Positions 20,252-30,246 of a stretch of 64,000 bases of DNA are shown piece by piece. Source of the DNA: Candidatus Multivoradales bacterium (GTDB taxonomy: Bacteria > Acidobacteriota > Thermoanaerobaculia > Multivoradales > JAHEKO01); the NCBI GenBank assembly GCA_965248055.1, contig CBDFIJ010000004.1, forward strand, positions 3,008,001 to 3,072,000, written 5' to 3'. A program made the position numbers and the translations under genes. The first letter of the stretch is position 1, and each line of letters starts with the position of its first letter. Under the pieces are notes generated by a model, which saw only the letters and a program-made list of their open reading frames with translations, had not been told where the DNA came from and ran no database searches.

Positions 20252-21238
20252 ATGAGAGCGCGAATTGTAGGGACGGGTCACGCGGTTCCCGATCAGGTGA
20301 TGACCAACGCGGATCTGGCGACCATGGTCGATACCACCGACGAGTGGATCACTGTGCGTACAGGAATCAAAGAGCGGCGTATCGCATTGGATAGCGAAGC
20401 ACTCTCGGATTTCGCGGTGCCCGCAGCAGAGCGAGCTTTGGAAATGGCCGGGATCGAGGGCTCAGAGATCGATATGGTGTTGCTGGCGACGGTCACGGCA
20501 GACCGTTCGTTTCCCGCGACTTCAACCGAGATCCAACACCGAATCGGGGCTAAAGGCGCTCTGGCCTTTGATCTTTCGGCAGCTTGCACCGGGTTTCTCT
20601 ATGGTCTCGGGATTGGCGAAGGGTTCATTTCCTCGGGCGCGGCGCGCAACGTGCTGGTGGTGGGTGGCGAGGTGCTGTCCAAAATTACCGACTGGACCGA
20701 CCGTGGAACCTGCGTATTATTCGGCGATGGTGCAGGCGCCATTGTGATGACCGCCGAAGACGATGCCACCAAAACCCGTGGAGTGCTGGCCACCAAGCTG
20801 CACGCTGACGGTGCCCTGGGAAACCTGATCGAACGCCCGGCAGGAGGCAGTCGTCGGCCTTCTACCCGGGAAACAGTGGACAGCGGTGAAATTTATCTGG
20901 CGATGCGGGGAAACGAGACCTTCAAAGTGGCGGTGCGCGCCCTGGCAGAAGTGTCTCAGGAGGTGTTGGCCGAGTGTGGTCTGGAGATCTCGGACGTGGA
21001 TTGGTTCATTCCACACCAAGCGAATCGGCGGATCATTGATGCTGTGGGTCAGCGACTCAAGGTTCCCGAAGGCCGTACCGTGATCAACGTCGAGCGATTC
21101 GGTAACACCTCTGCGGCGAGCGTTCCGATCGCCCTGGATGAGATCAACCGCGAAGGCAAGATCTCTGAGGGCGACGTGGTGTTGATGGCGGCGTTTGGTT
21201 CCGGGCTCACCTGGGGAGCTTCGGTGGTGCGATGGTGA
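20252..21238 (+). CDS. fabH: 3-oxoacyl-ACP synthase III
   Basis: AACTGF, PHQAN, GNTSAAS (Cys-His-Asn triad). Confidence 0.97.
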   Translation: MRARIVGTGHAVPDQVMTNADLATMVDTTDEWITVRTGIKERRIALDSEALSDFAVPAAERALEMAGIEGSEIDMVLLATVTADRSFPATSTEIQHRIGAKGALAFDLSAACTGFLYGLGIGEGFISSGAARNVLVVGGEVLSKITDWTDRGTCVLFGDGAGAIVMTAEDDATKTRGVLATKLHADGALGNLIERPAGGSRRPSTRETVDSGEIYLAMRGNETFKVAVRALAEVSQEVLAECGLEISDVDWFIPHQANRRIIDAVGQRLKVPEGRTVINVERFGNTSAASVPIALDEINREGKISEGDVVLMAAFGSGLTWGASVVRW

Positions 21239-22203
21239 CCAATCCGAGCGTAAGCGGCTCGAGGGTGAAGGTAGCCTTTGTTTTTCCCGGTCAGGGGTCG
21301 CAGGCGGTGGGGATGGGCTATGAATGGGCTCAGCACTATCCGTTGGCTGCGGAAATCTTTCAACGAGCGGATCAAGCTCTCGAGTTCTCGCTCAGCGAAT
21401 TGTGTTGGCAGGGTCCTGAAGAGGATCTTCAACTCACCGAGAATACGCAACCAGCGATCTTGACTGCCTCGGTGGCAATGCATGCAGTCTTGGAATCTGC
21501 GGGAATTCGCCCGATCGCCGTCGCTGGGCACAGTCTGGGCGAGTATTCGGCGCTGGTTGCTGCCGGTAGCTTGGCATTTGAAGACGCAGTGCGTTTGGTG
21601 CGCGAGCGCGGTCGGTTGATGCAACAAGCGGTGCCGGTGGGGGAAGGGGCGATGGCTGCCGTCTTGGGCTTGGAGCAGTCGTTGCTCGATCAAGCGATCG
21701 AAGAAGCAGCGGAGATCGGCGTCTGCTCGATTGCCAACATAAACTCTCCCCAGCAACTGGTGATCGCGGGAGAGGTCGAAGCAGTGCGCAAGGCGATGGC
21801 GGCGGCTACTGCTGCGGGCGCTCGCCGGGTGGTGGAACTGCCGGTTTCGGCTCCTTTTCATTGTGCCCTGATGGCGCCAGCTCGCGAAGGGCTGACTCCA
21901 CTTCTAAACGCCACCGAGATCGCCGATGCAACGGTGCCAGTGATACCCAATGTTGACCCCAAACCGACCCAGTCTGGTGAACGACTGTGCAATTGTCTGA
22001 TTCGCCAGGTCGATGGAACGGTGCGTTGGGTGGAGGGGATCGAAACCATGATCGACGCCGGGGTCACCACTTTTGTCGAGGTCGGGCCGGGCAGTGTGTT
22101 GACCGGATTGTTGCGACGAATCTCGCGCGAAGTGGACGGATTTGCACTGCCAGGGCCAGAATCGGTCGCGGCACTGATCGAGAAACTAGAAGGCAGTAGC
22201 TAG
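21232..22203 (+). CDS. fabD: Malonyl-CoA:ACP transacylase
   Basis: FPGQGSQ, GHSLGEY, VSAPFH, EVGPG. Confidence 0.97.
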   Translation: MVTNPSVSGSRVKVAFVFPGQGSQAVGMGYEWAQHYPLAAEIFQRADQALEFSLSELCWQGPEEDLQLTENTQPAILTASVAMHAVLESAGIRPIAVAGHSLGEYSALVAAGSLAFEDAVRLVRERGRLMQQAVPVGEGAMAAVLGLEQSLLDQAIEEAAEIGVCSIANINSPQQLVIAGEVEAVRKAMAAATAAGARRVVELPVSAPFHCALMAPAREGLTPLLNATEIADATVPVIPNVDPKPTQSGERLCNCLIRQVDGTVRWVEGIETMIDAGVTTFVEVGPGSVLTGLLRRISREVDGFALPGPESVAALIEKLEGSS

Positions 22204-22216
22204 GAGCGAGGTACTC

Positions 22217-22960
22217 ATGTTCAGACTCAATGATCGAGTTGCCCTGATCACCGGAGCTTCCCGCGGCATCGGAGCCGAGACTGCACGCCAACTGGCGGCC
22301 CAGGGCGCCGCGGTAGTGCTTGCTGCGCGTTCGGTCGATTCCTTGGAGGCAGTCGCCGAAGAAATTCGCGATGCCGGGGGCCGAGCTTGGCCTTTGGAAC
22401 TAGACCTCGACCAGCCGGAGTCGGTGTCAGAAGTCCTGGCAACACTTCCAGAAGACTTCAAGGCCATCGACGTACTGGTGAGTAATGCTGGGATCACTGA
22501 CGACAATCTGCTCGCCAGGATGACATTGGAGCAGTGGGACCGTGTCCTACGCGTCAACTTGACCGCCAGTTACGCCCTCAGCAAGGCGCTACTGCGAGGC
22601 ATGCTGAGACGCAGGCGGGGTCGCATCGTGTTGGTTTCGTCGGTGGTCGGCTTGATGGGTAACGCCGGACAGACCAACTACGCGGCGTCCAAAGCCGGTT
22701 TGGTTGGTTTCGCCAAGTCTCTGGCTCGAGAGGTCGGCAGCCGTGGCATCACCGTCAACGTGGTGGCCCCGGGCTACGTCTCGACCGCCATGACCGAAGA
22801 CCTACCCGAAGCGGCAAGAGCGCAACTGGAGCAGTCGATTGTCTTGGGGCGTCTGGGAGACCCTGCTGATATTGCAACCGCGGTGGGTTATCTCGTCAGC
22901 GACGAAGCGGGGTACGTGACAGGTCAGGTTTTGAATGTTTCTGGTGGTCTCTACATCTAA
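22217..22960 (+). CDS. fabG: 3-oxoacyl-ACP reductase
   Basis: TGASRGIG, NAGIT, YAASKAG; position in the fab operon. Confidence 0.95.
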   Translation: MFRLNDRVALITGASRGIGAETARQLAAQGAAVVLAARSVDSLEAVAEEIRDAGGRAWPLELDLDQPESVSEVLATLPEDFKAIDVLVSNAGITDDNLLARMTLEQWDRVLRVNLTASYALSKALLRGMLRRRRGRIVLVSSVVGLMGNAGQTNYAASKAGLVGFAKSLAREVGSRGITVNVVAPGYVSTAMTEDLPEAARAQLEQSIVLGRLGDPADIATAVGYLVSDEAGYVTGQVLNVSGGLYI

Positions 22961-23144
22961 CCAAGGGAGGTCAGCGGTGGCGCTCGGGCGGTCTTTGTAG
23001 GGTCTGTAATCAGAATTTTGTCGACGAAATGGAAACAATCCCGGATAGAATATACACACGTACTGCGCTCTGGAACGGAGCGCTCGAACGGGCGCTCGAA
23101 CAGTAGATGTCGAGTGCTGAGTGCGTTTCAAAGGAGAACAACAT

Positions 23145-23375
23145 ATGTCTGTCGAAGACAAGGTAAAAGAAATCATTGTCGACCAGTTGAGCGTCGACCA
23201 AGGTCAGGTAACCCCTGAGGCTAGTTTCACCGATGACCTAGGTGCGGACTCGCTGGACATTGTCGAGTTGGTGATGGCGCTAGAGGAAGAGTTTGGAGTT
23301 GAGATTCCGGACGAGGACTCTGAGAAAATTGGGACCGTGCAAGACGCGGTCAAATACATTCAAGATAACGCTTAA
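23145..23375 (+). CDS. acpP: Acyl carrier protein
   Basis: [20 protein letters not shown]; RBS AGGAG before ATG 23145. Confidence 0.98.
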   Translation: MSVEDKVKEIIVDQLSVDQGQVTPEASFTDDLGADSLDIVELVMALEEEFGVEIPDEDSEKIGTVQDAVKYIQDNA

Positions 23376-23413
23376 GACGACGGCCGCTGTGAGCGGCGTT
23401 GGGGAGTGATTTG

Positions 23414-24664
23414 ATGAGCGGTGCACGCAGACGAGTCGCGATCACCGGTGTGGGATTGGTGTCTCCATTGGGCGTGGGGACGGATGCCACCTGGCAAGGC
23501 CTCATGGATGGGATCAGCGGGGTCGGACCGATTACCCGCTTCGACGCGTCCGACTATCCCTGCCGAATCGCAGCCGAAGTCACCGATTTTGATCCCGAGG
23601 CGTACCTCAGCCGCAAGGATGTCAAGAAGACGGATGCGTTCATCCACTATGCGGTGGCTGCGGCGCAGTTCGCTATCGAAGATTCCGGTTTCGTTATCGA
23701 CGAATCGAATGCCGAACGCGTTGGAGTGATAATTGGTTCAGGGATCGGCGGCTTGCCGTTGATCGAGCGAACCTACGAGACCTTGATCGAGCGTGGACCC
23801 TCAAGGGTTTCGCCGTTCTTCATTCCCGGGCTGATCGTCAATATGCCGTCTGGACAGGTGTCGATCATGCACGGGGCTAAGGGGCCGAACTCGGCGACTT
23901 GCACCGCCTGCACCACCGGTTTGCACGCGATCGGCGACGCCTCCCGACTGATCCAGCATGGCTACGCCGATGCCATGATCTCGGGCGGTACCGAGGGCGT
24001 GATCTCTCGGTTAGCGGTCGGAGGATTCTCTGCCATGCGCGCACTGTCCACCCGCAATGACGACCCGCAACAGGCCTCCAGACCCTGGGATCAGGACCGC
24101 GACGGATTCGTCATCGGCGAGGGGTCGGGAATTCTCTTGATCGAGGAATACGAGTCTGCAGTAGCACGGGGCGCCCACATCTATGCCGAGATCGTTGGCT
24201 ATGGAATGAGTGGCGATGCACACCACATCTCAGCGCCTCATCCGGAGGGAGACGGGGCGGCGCGGGTGATGATTGCGGCAATGGGAGATGCTGGGTTGGA
24301 TCGCGCAGAGATTGAATACATCAACGCACATGGGACTTCCACGGGGTTGGGTGACGCGGCCGAAGTGAAGGCAGTACGTAGAGTCTTTGGCGAGCACGCA
24401 GATCGCTTATCGATGTCTTCCACCAAGTCCTCGACCGGGCATCTTCTGGGTGCGTCGGGCGGCTTGGAGACCGGAATCTTGGCGTTGGCGATCGACCGTG
24501 GCATTCTCCCGGCGACCTACAACCACGATAGTCCCGGCGAGGGTTGCGATCTGGACTTCATTGCCAACCAGCCGCGGCAACAGCAAATTGAAGTTGGATT
24601 GACCAATTCGTTTGGCTTTGGCGGTACCAACGGCTGTTTGGTGCTGCGCCGTCCCTCCAGCTAG
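23414..24664 (+). CDS. fabF: 3-oxoacyl-ACP synthase II
   Basis: TACTTG, NAHGTST, TGHLLG, NSFGFGG. Confidence 0.97.
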   Translation: MSGARRRVAITGVGLVSPLGVGTDATWQGLMDGISGVGPITRFDASDYPCRIAAEVTDFDPEAYLSRKDVKKTDAFIHYAVAAAQFAIEDSGFVIDESNAERVGVIIGSGIGGLPLIERTYETLIERGPSRVSPFFIPGLIVNMPSGQVSIMHGAKGPNSATCTACTTGLHAIGDASRLIQHGYADAMISGGTEGVISRLAVGGFSAMRALSTRNDDPQQASRPWDQDRDGFVIGEGSGILLIEEYESAVARGAHIYAEIVGYGMSGDAHHISAPHPEGDGAARVMIAAMGDAGLDRAEIEYINAHGTSTGLGDAAEVKAVRRVFGEHADRLSMSSTKSSTGHLLGASGGLETGILALAIDRGILPATYNHDSPGEGCDLDFIANQPRQQQIEVGLTNSFGFGGTNGCLVLRRPSS

Positions 24665-24708
24665 AGATCTATCTTGGTGGTCGCGCGGTCCTGGGAAACC
24701 GGATATCG

Positions 24709-26394
24709 TTGGAACTGCTGATGCACATTCTGGCGATCAAATCGGGGCCCAAAGGCGAACTCCAACGAATTCAACTCACTGAAAACGCCTATACCTTGGG
24801 AAGGTCGCGCCTGTGCGATATCCCGATTCCTCATCAATATCTGTCGCGGCAGCACTCAAAGCTAGAGAAGCGTCAAGAAGATTGGTGGTTGATGGATCTA
24901 GGTTCCAAGAACGGAACCTTTGTCAACGATCAGCGGATTGAGCGACCGACCCAGCTCACGGTGGGCGACCGCGTCAAAGTCGCCGATGTCGAAGGAGTCC
25001 TTGAGCGAGAAGAGCCGAGTCATTCGGTAACTTCGATGTCGGATTTCAGTTCCCTGGGCAATTCGGTGATTCTGGATGCCCGGCGTTTTCTCGATCAGTT
25101 GCAGTCTGGCAGTTCCTCGACCGATGCGACGCCGAACGAACGACGTCTTCATTTGCTCAACGAGGTTCACAGTACGGTGGTTGGCATTCGCGATCTGCGG
25201 GGCCTAGGCCGCTTGATGACCGACAAGTTGGTGGCGTTGTTCGATCCCGATGAAGCGGTGGTGGCGACCATGGAAGACGGTGTTCTGGTGCCCTTGGCTT
25301 CCTATCCCGGCGGTCGTTCCACGTTGTCCTTGTCTGAGAGTCTGGTACAGCAGGTATGTGAGGAGCGTCAGGCGGTCTTGCATCAAGAGGTTCTGGGGGG
25401 CGACGCGGTATCCGGAGGGTTCGATGCTGGGCAGAGTTTGATCTTGGCCGGCGTCTGGAGTTTGGTGGCTACACCGATCTTGGATGGCGAACGGGTCCTG
25501 GGGATGATCGCCTTGGCCCGTTCGCGGCAAGGATTTCAGGCATTTCTGGAGGAAGATCTGGAGTTGCTTACCTCTCTCTCTTCGGTCGCCGCTTTGCGGA
25601 TTCAGAATCTTGATTACCTCAATGCCGCGGAAGAGCAGCGGAAACTGGAACAGGAAATCTCGATTGCGCGGGGGGTGCAGCGGAGCTTGCTCCCCGACAT
25701 CTTGCCGGAGATCCCTGGATACGATCTGGTGGCGCAGAACATGCCGTCGCGGGGGGTTTCGGGAGACATTTACCAGGTCTACGATCAACAACAGACGGTG
25801 TCGCTCCTGCTGGTTGACGTTTCGGGTAAAGGAGTCCCGGCGGCAATGCTGACAGCGACCGTCGAGGCCTTAGTCGCTGGTTTGATGGAGATCGAGCAAA
25901 GTCCAGTGGAAATTGCTGATCGGCTGGGTCGTCAGCTCTATGCGCGGACCCCCATAGAACGGTATGCCACGGGTGTTTTGACCCGGGTGGATGTCGCCAG
26001 TGGTGCCCTTGAAATTGTTAGCGCTGGGCACAACACCTCGTTGCTGATTCGGGCTGGCGGCGAGATCGAACAGTTGGACTCGACCGGAGTTCCCTGGGGT
26101 CTGATGCCGGAGGCCAATTACAGCAGCCGCAGGGCGGAGATGGCGCACGGTGACATTCTGATTTTTTACTCAGACGGTATTACCGAGGCAGAGAACAAAG
26201 CAGGTGAAGAATATGGCCTCGATCGGCTGATTGCGGTGTGCAAAGAAAGCCGCCTGGGGAGTCTGGGCGAACTGGTTGCTGCGGTCGGTCGAGACTTGGA
26301 TGAGTTTAGCGAGGGAGTTCACTACCATGACGATCGCACTCTGCTGGCGTTTCGCCGGGTGTCTTTGGATCAGTTGGAAACGGTTAGCGACTGA
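24709..26394 (+). CDS. FHA-GAF-SpoIIE (PP2C, RsbU-like) serine phosphatase
   Basis: FHA (LGRS, SRQH, DLGSKNGTFVN), GAF-like middle, PP2C motifs DVSGKG, YSDGITE, DDRTL. Confidence 0.9.
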   Translation: MELLMHILAIKSGPKGELQRIQLTENAYTLGRSRLCDIPIPHQYLSRQHSKLEKRQEDWWLMDLGSKNGTFVNDQRIERPTQLTVGDRVKVADVEGVLEREEPSHSVTSMSDFSSLGNSVILDARRFLDQLQSGSSSTDATPNERRLHLLNEVHSTVVGIRDLRGLGRLMTDKLVALFDPDEAVVATMEDGVLVPLASYPGGRSTLSLSESLVQQVCEERQAVLHQEVLGGDAVSGGFDAGQSLILAGVWSLVATPILDGERVLGMIALARSRQGFQAFLEEDLELLTSLSSVAALRIQNLDYLNAAEEQRKLEQEISIARGVQRSLLPDILPEIPGYDLVAQNMPSRGVSGDIYQVYDQQQTVSLLLVDVSGKGVPAAMLTATVEALVAGLMEIEQSPVEIADRLGRQLYARTPIERYATGVLTRVDVASGALEIVSAGHNTSLLIRAGGEIEQLDSTGVPWGLMPEANYSSRRAEMAHGDILIFYSDGITEAENKAGEEYGLDRLIAVCKESRLGSLGELVAAVGRDLDEFSEGVHYHDDRTLLAFRRVSLDQLETVSD

Positions 26395-26491
26395 TCAGAA
26401 TCGGGCGTACGGTCAATCCGAGACCGCGAATTACCTAGCCAGAACTCCAGAAGACTATCCAAACTAGAGATAGCCCAACTACAGACAACCC

Positions 26492-28339
26492 CTACAGATA
26501 GCCCAGCGCTCGCAACTCGGCCTGGTGCTCGGGGTCGAGGTTCTCGTCAGCGGTCGAGTCTGATTCCACGCGACCTGCGGCGATGGTCTCCATGAGTTGG
26601 AGCAAACGGTCCGCGACATCAGGGATGTCTTCGGCAATGTTGCGCATCTCCATCGGGTCCGCTTCTAGGTCAAAGAGTTGTATCTGGGGCTCGGTTTCAG
26701 GTTGTTCGGGGTCATAGCGCCAAGTCAGTTTGTACTTGCCGTCGCGGATAGCCCGACCATGGTCGGGCGTATGGAACAACCCTTCGCTGTAAATCGGGAC
26801 TTTCGGCATCACGTTGCCTCGTAGCAACGGCAGCAGCGATCGGCCTTGGATTTTGTGCTGCAATGGGATGTCGAAGAGATCCAACAAAGTTGGGTATAGG
26901 TCGACGATGCGGACCGGGGTCGAGACCATCGCGGAGGGCTGTTTGATTTCCGCGCGGTTTATCATCGACGGTGGAAAATGAACCATCAGGGGTACCGTCG
27001 TGACCGCTCGGTAGAAACTCTTGCCGTGAAACCAGATGCTGTGCTCCCAGAATTCTTCTCCGTGGTCGCTGGTGACGACGATGATCGAATTGTCGAGCAG
27101 GCCGAGCTCTCGAAAGCCGTCCAGAACGACTCCCACCTGTTGATCTAGGAAGCGGATATCTGCGTCGTACAACTGACTCACCCGCCGGTGTTCTTCTTTG
27201 GACATCACCCCGAGCCGCCGATGCAGGTGGTGGCCAAACCGGTCGGTGACTCGGCTGTCTGCGGCTGGAGCGGGCCCTCGCACGAGCTCCGGGTGGTCGT
27301 AGGGGTCGTGGGTCTCGTAGCTGTGGAGAAAAAGAAAAAGCGGTCGGCCCCGCATCTCCGAGAGCTGATCTAGAAGATCCTGTGGTTGCCTCACCCAGTC
27401 ACGGACTTGGAAAGATTCAAACCCTTGATGAAATCCGAACTTAGGATGGAGTTGGACTCCCGCGGTCCAGGCCTCAGTGCGATAACCCGTGTCAAGAAAT
27501 TGCTGCGCCAAGGGCTGGTGTTTGAATCCTGCATAGGACTCCGGGTACAGGCCGCTGAGCATCGACCAGTGCGAGGGCCGAGTCCAGGTGGATTGAGCGG
27601 TGACGTCGGAAAAAACATGGGCGGATTCAGCGAATCGATCCAAGTTGGGACTCGTGGCTTGATCATAGCCATAAACCCCCAATCGGTCTGCGCGCAGAGT
27701 GTCGAGGCTGATCAGGATCAAGTTCGGTTTTTCAGACGTTGTACTGGCGACGATCTCCGGATTCGCCCAGGCGCTATAAGTGCTTCCTTCGGCGGTGGAT
27801 GAGAACATCAGTTCGACTTGTTCTCCCCTCCATCGACTTAGATCCACCGTCGTGTCTTGCCAGGTTCCGTGGTAGATGCCCTCGCGAGTTTCTTCCAGTA
27901 GGGGATACTGCTGACCACTTTCTCTAAGGGTCAACCGGTAACTCACAGGTGGAATGGGTTCTCCGTTTTTCAGCCGGGCGCGCTGTTTAGCCTGCGACTC
28001 GCGCAGGTCCAGCACCCAGCCCAGGGCGAACTTGAGGCGCGAGTACGGGTCATCGGGAATCTGGACCTTCAGTATTTCCTCTGCACCGGACTGCAGAACC
28101 ACCGCGGTTCGGACATCAAGTCCGCCCTCTGGCGTGCGCATGGACACCGAACCGATGTTCTGGTTGCTGGCGTGCTCGATCGCCTCGAAGGTCGTGACCG
28201 TGGCGTCGGGCACGGCGACTTGGGATGTCCATTGCTTGTCCAGGTCGGTCAGGAGAATGCTCGCCGGCTCGTTGGACCGACTGCAGGCGGCGAGCAGACC
28301 GCAGGCAAAGAGGTAGCGGGCCAGTGAGAGGGAAGTCAC
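26492..28339 (-). CDS. Sulfatase-like alkaline-phosphatase-superfamily lipoprotein (Thr nucleophile)
   Basis: Lipobox LAAC, SLDTLRAD, WTRPSH, HDPY, SDHGEEF, C-terminal LRALGYL. Confidence 0.88.
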   Translation of the reverse strand: MTSLSLARYLFACGLLAACSRSNEPASILLTDLDKQWTSQVAVPDATVTTFEAIEHASNQNIGSVSMRTPEGGLDVRTAVVLQSGAEEILKVQIPDDPYSRLKFALGWVLDLRESQAKQRARLKNGEPIPPVSYRLTLRESGQQYPLLEETREGIYHGTWQDTTVDLSRWRGEQVELMFSSTAEGSTYSAWANPEIVASTTSEKPNLILISLDTLRADRLGVYGYDQATSPNLDRFAESAHVFSDVTAQSTWTRPSHWSMLSGLYPESYAGFKHQPLAQQFLDTGYRTEAWTAGVQLHPKFGFHQGFESFQVRDWVRQPQDLLDQLSEMRGRPLFLFLHSYETHDPYDHPELVRGPAPAADSRVTDRFGHHLHRRLGVMSKEEHRRVSQLYDADIRFLDQQVGVVLDGFRELGLLDNSIIVVTSDHGEEFWEHSIWFHGKSFYRAVTTVPLMVHFPPSMINRAEIKQPSAMVSTPVRIVDLYPTLLDLFDIPLQHKIQGRSLLPLLRGNVMPKVPIYSEGLFHTPDHGRAIRDGKYKLTWRYDPEQPETEPQIQLFDLEADPMEMRNIAEDIPDVADRLLQLMETIAAGRVESDSTADENLDPEHQAELRALGYL

Positions 28340-28348
28340 CTTGTGGTC

Positions 28349-30019
28349 CTACATGCGACCGTAGTTGGGCCCCCCCCCGCCCTCTGGAGGTATCCAGTCG
28401 ATGATCTGGTAGGGGTCCATAATGTCGCACGTTTTGCAATGCACGCAGTTAGACGCATTGATTTGCAGACGGGTTCCGGTCGGAGATGCTGCTTCGTCGA
28501 CCATTTCGTAGACCGCGGCGGGACAGAAATGGCGGCACGGATTGCCGTATTCCACGGTGCATTGGTGGATGCAGATATCGGTATCAGCGACCACCAAGTG
28601 GCAGGGCTGGTTTTCCTCGTGCCCAGTCCCGGAGTTGTAGACATCGGCGAGTTTGTCGAAGGTCAAGACGCCGTCGTATTCGATTTCGGTCGGTTCACTC
28701 GCGGCCTGATCGAGGCGTTGCATGTGCTGATGCCCCGGCTTGGTTGCCAAGCGATCGAAAATGCCAAACCCGCGCCCGCGGGTGAACATCCCCAACCCGG
28801 CTTGCAACATGCCAGCGAAGATGCCGTGGTCGAACGCCTGATGAAAGTTGCGCACCTCCCACATTTCCTCGTGGATCCAAGAGTCGTGCACTCGGCGTTC
28901 AAACGAAGTCAGTTGGGAAGCCGATGAGTCTCCAGATTTCAGAGTATCGAAGACACTCTCGGCGGCCAACATGCCGCTTTTGATCGCCAAGTGAATGCCC
29001 TTCAACCTTTGGCTGTTGAGAAAACCGCCCGAGTCGCCGATGATCAGGAATCCGTCGCCGTAGCATCGGGGACGTGCCCACCAACCGCCTTCGGGGATCG
29101 CTTTGGCGCCGTAGAAGGCCATGCTGCCATCCTCCAGCAGTGAGGCGATTTTGGGATGGGTCTTGAAACGCTGAAATTCGGTGTGCGGATCCAAGTGGGG
29201 GTTGCGATAGTCGAGGCCGATCACCAAGCCGACAATCAACTGGTCGCCGCCCATGCCGTAGAGAAACCCGCCGCCAAAGGTATGCCGATCCAGCGGCCAA
29301 CCCATGGTGTGGATGACCTCGCCGGCTGCGATCTTGCCAGGAGCCACGTCCCACACTTCCTTGACCCCGATGGCGTAAACCTGAGGATTGACGCCAGCCA
29401 GCTCCAGGGCTTCCTCAAGCTGCTTAGTGATCGTCCCTCGTGGACCTTCGCCGAGAACCGTGACCGCCGCATGAACGTCGACCCCCGGTTCGTAGTTGTT
29501 CTTAGGATTACCTTGATGGTCGAGTCCTTGATCACCGGTGCGCACGCCGACCACCCGGTCGTCTTCGAGCAGCGGTGAAACTGCAGGGAAACCGTTGAAA
29601 ATTTCGACTCCTGCGGCCTCCGCTTTGCCGCCCATCCATTTGACCAGGCGACCCAAGGAGGCGACATATTTGCCCTCATTTTCGAGCATTGGGGGAACCG
29701 GGATTGACCAAGATCGCTTGCCGGTCATCCATAGCAGTTGCTCTTGTTCGACCTTGCCCTCGAACGGGATTTCTTGCCAATCGTGGGGGAACAACTCACG
29801 CAATGATCGCGGATCGAGGACCGCTCCGGATAGCGCATGGGCACCGAGTTCGGCCCCTTTTTCCAAAACAGCGACCAGGGGTTCCAATTGGTCGCTAGGC
29901 GCCGCTTCTTGATTGTGTTGCTCGACTAACTGTTGAAGCCGGATGGCCCCGGCCAGGGACGCCGGGCCAGCACCGACAAATAAGACGTCGACTTCAAGGA
30001 TCTCTCGTTCGGTGGACAT
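28349..30019 (-). CDS. Electron transfer flavoprotein-ubiquinone oxidoreductase
   Basis: VGAGPA FAD motif, KGIHLAIKSG, C-terminal 4Fe-4S motifs CRHFCPA and CVHCKTCDI. Confidence 0.95.
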   Translation of the reverse strand: MSTEREILEVDVLFVGAGPASLAGAIRLQQLVEQHNQEAAPSDQLEPLVAVLEKGAELGAHALSGAVLDPRSLRELFPHDWQEIPFEGKVEQEQLLWMTGKRSWSIPVPPMLENEGKYVASLGRLVKWMGGKAEAAGVEIFNGFPAVSPLLEDDRVVGVRTGDQGLDHQGNPKNNYEPGVDVHAAVTVLGEGPRGTITKQLEEALELAGVNPQVYAIGVKEVWDVAPGKIAAGEVIHTMGWPLDRHTFGGGFLYGMGGDQLIVGLVIGLDYRNPHLDPHTEFQRFKTHPKIASLLEDGSMAFYGAKAIPEGGWWARPRCYGDGFLIIGDSGGFLNSQRLKGIHLAIKSGMLAAESVFDTLKSGDSSASQLTSFERRVHDSWIHEEMWEVRNFHQAFDHGIFAGMLQAGLGMFTRGRGFGIFDRLATKPGHQHMQRLDQAASEPTEIEYDGVLTFDKLADVYNSGTGHEENQPCHLVVADTDICIHQCTVEYGNPCRHFCPAAVYEMVDEAASPTGTRLQINASNCVHCKTCDIMDPYQIIDWIPPEGGGGPNYGRM

Positions 30020-30246
30020 ATGAACTCGGCTACCCTCCGTAGAATCAATAGAACTGTGAAATCCAAAAAACTTAGTTCCGACCGAGGCAAGAATATCACC
30101 GTCGAGAAGCCCAACCTGGTTGCTAGAATCTCACCAATGACTGCTGAACAACGGGGCGAAACCGTAGCTACCAGAGTAGCCGTCGAAAGAATCGAAAAAA
30201 ACTTCAGGTCGCTCTACAAAGACCGGTGGGAAACCGATCCGGCGCC

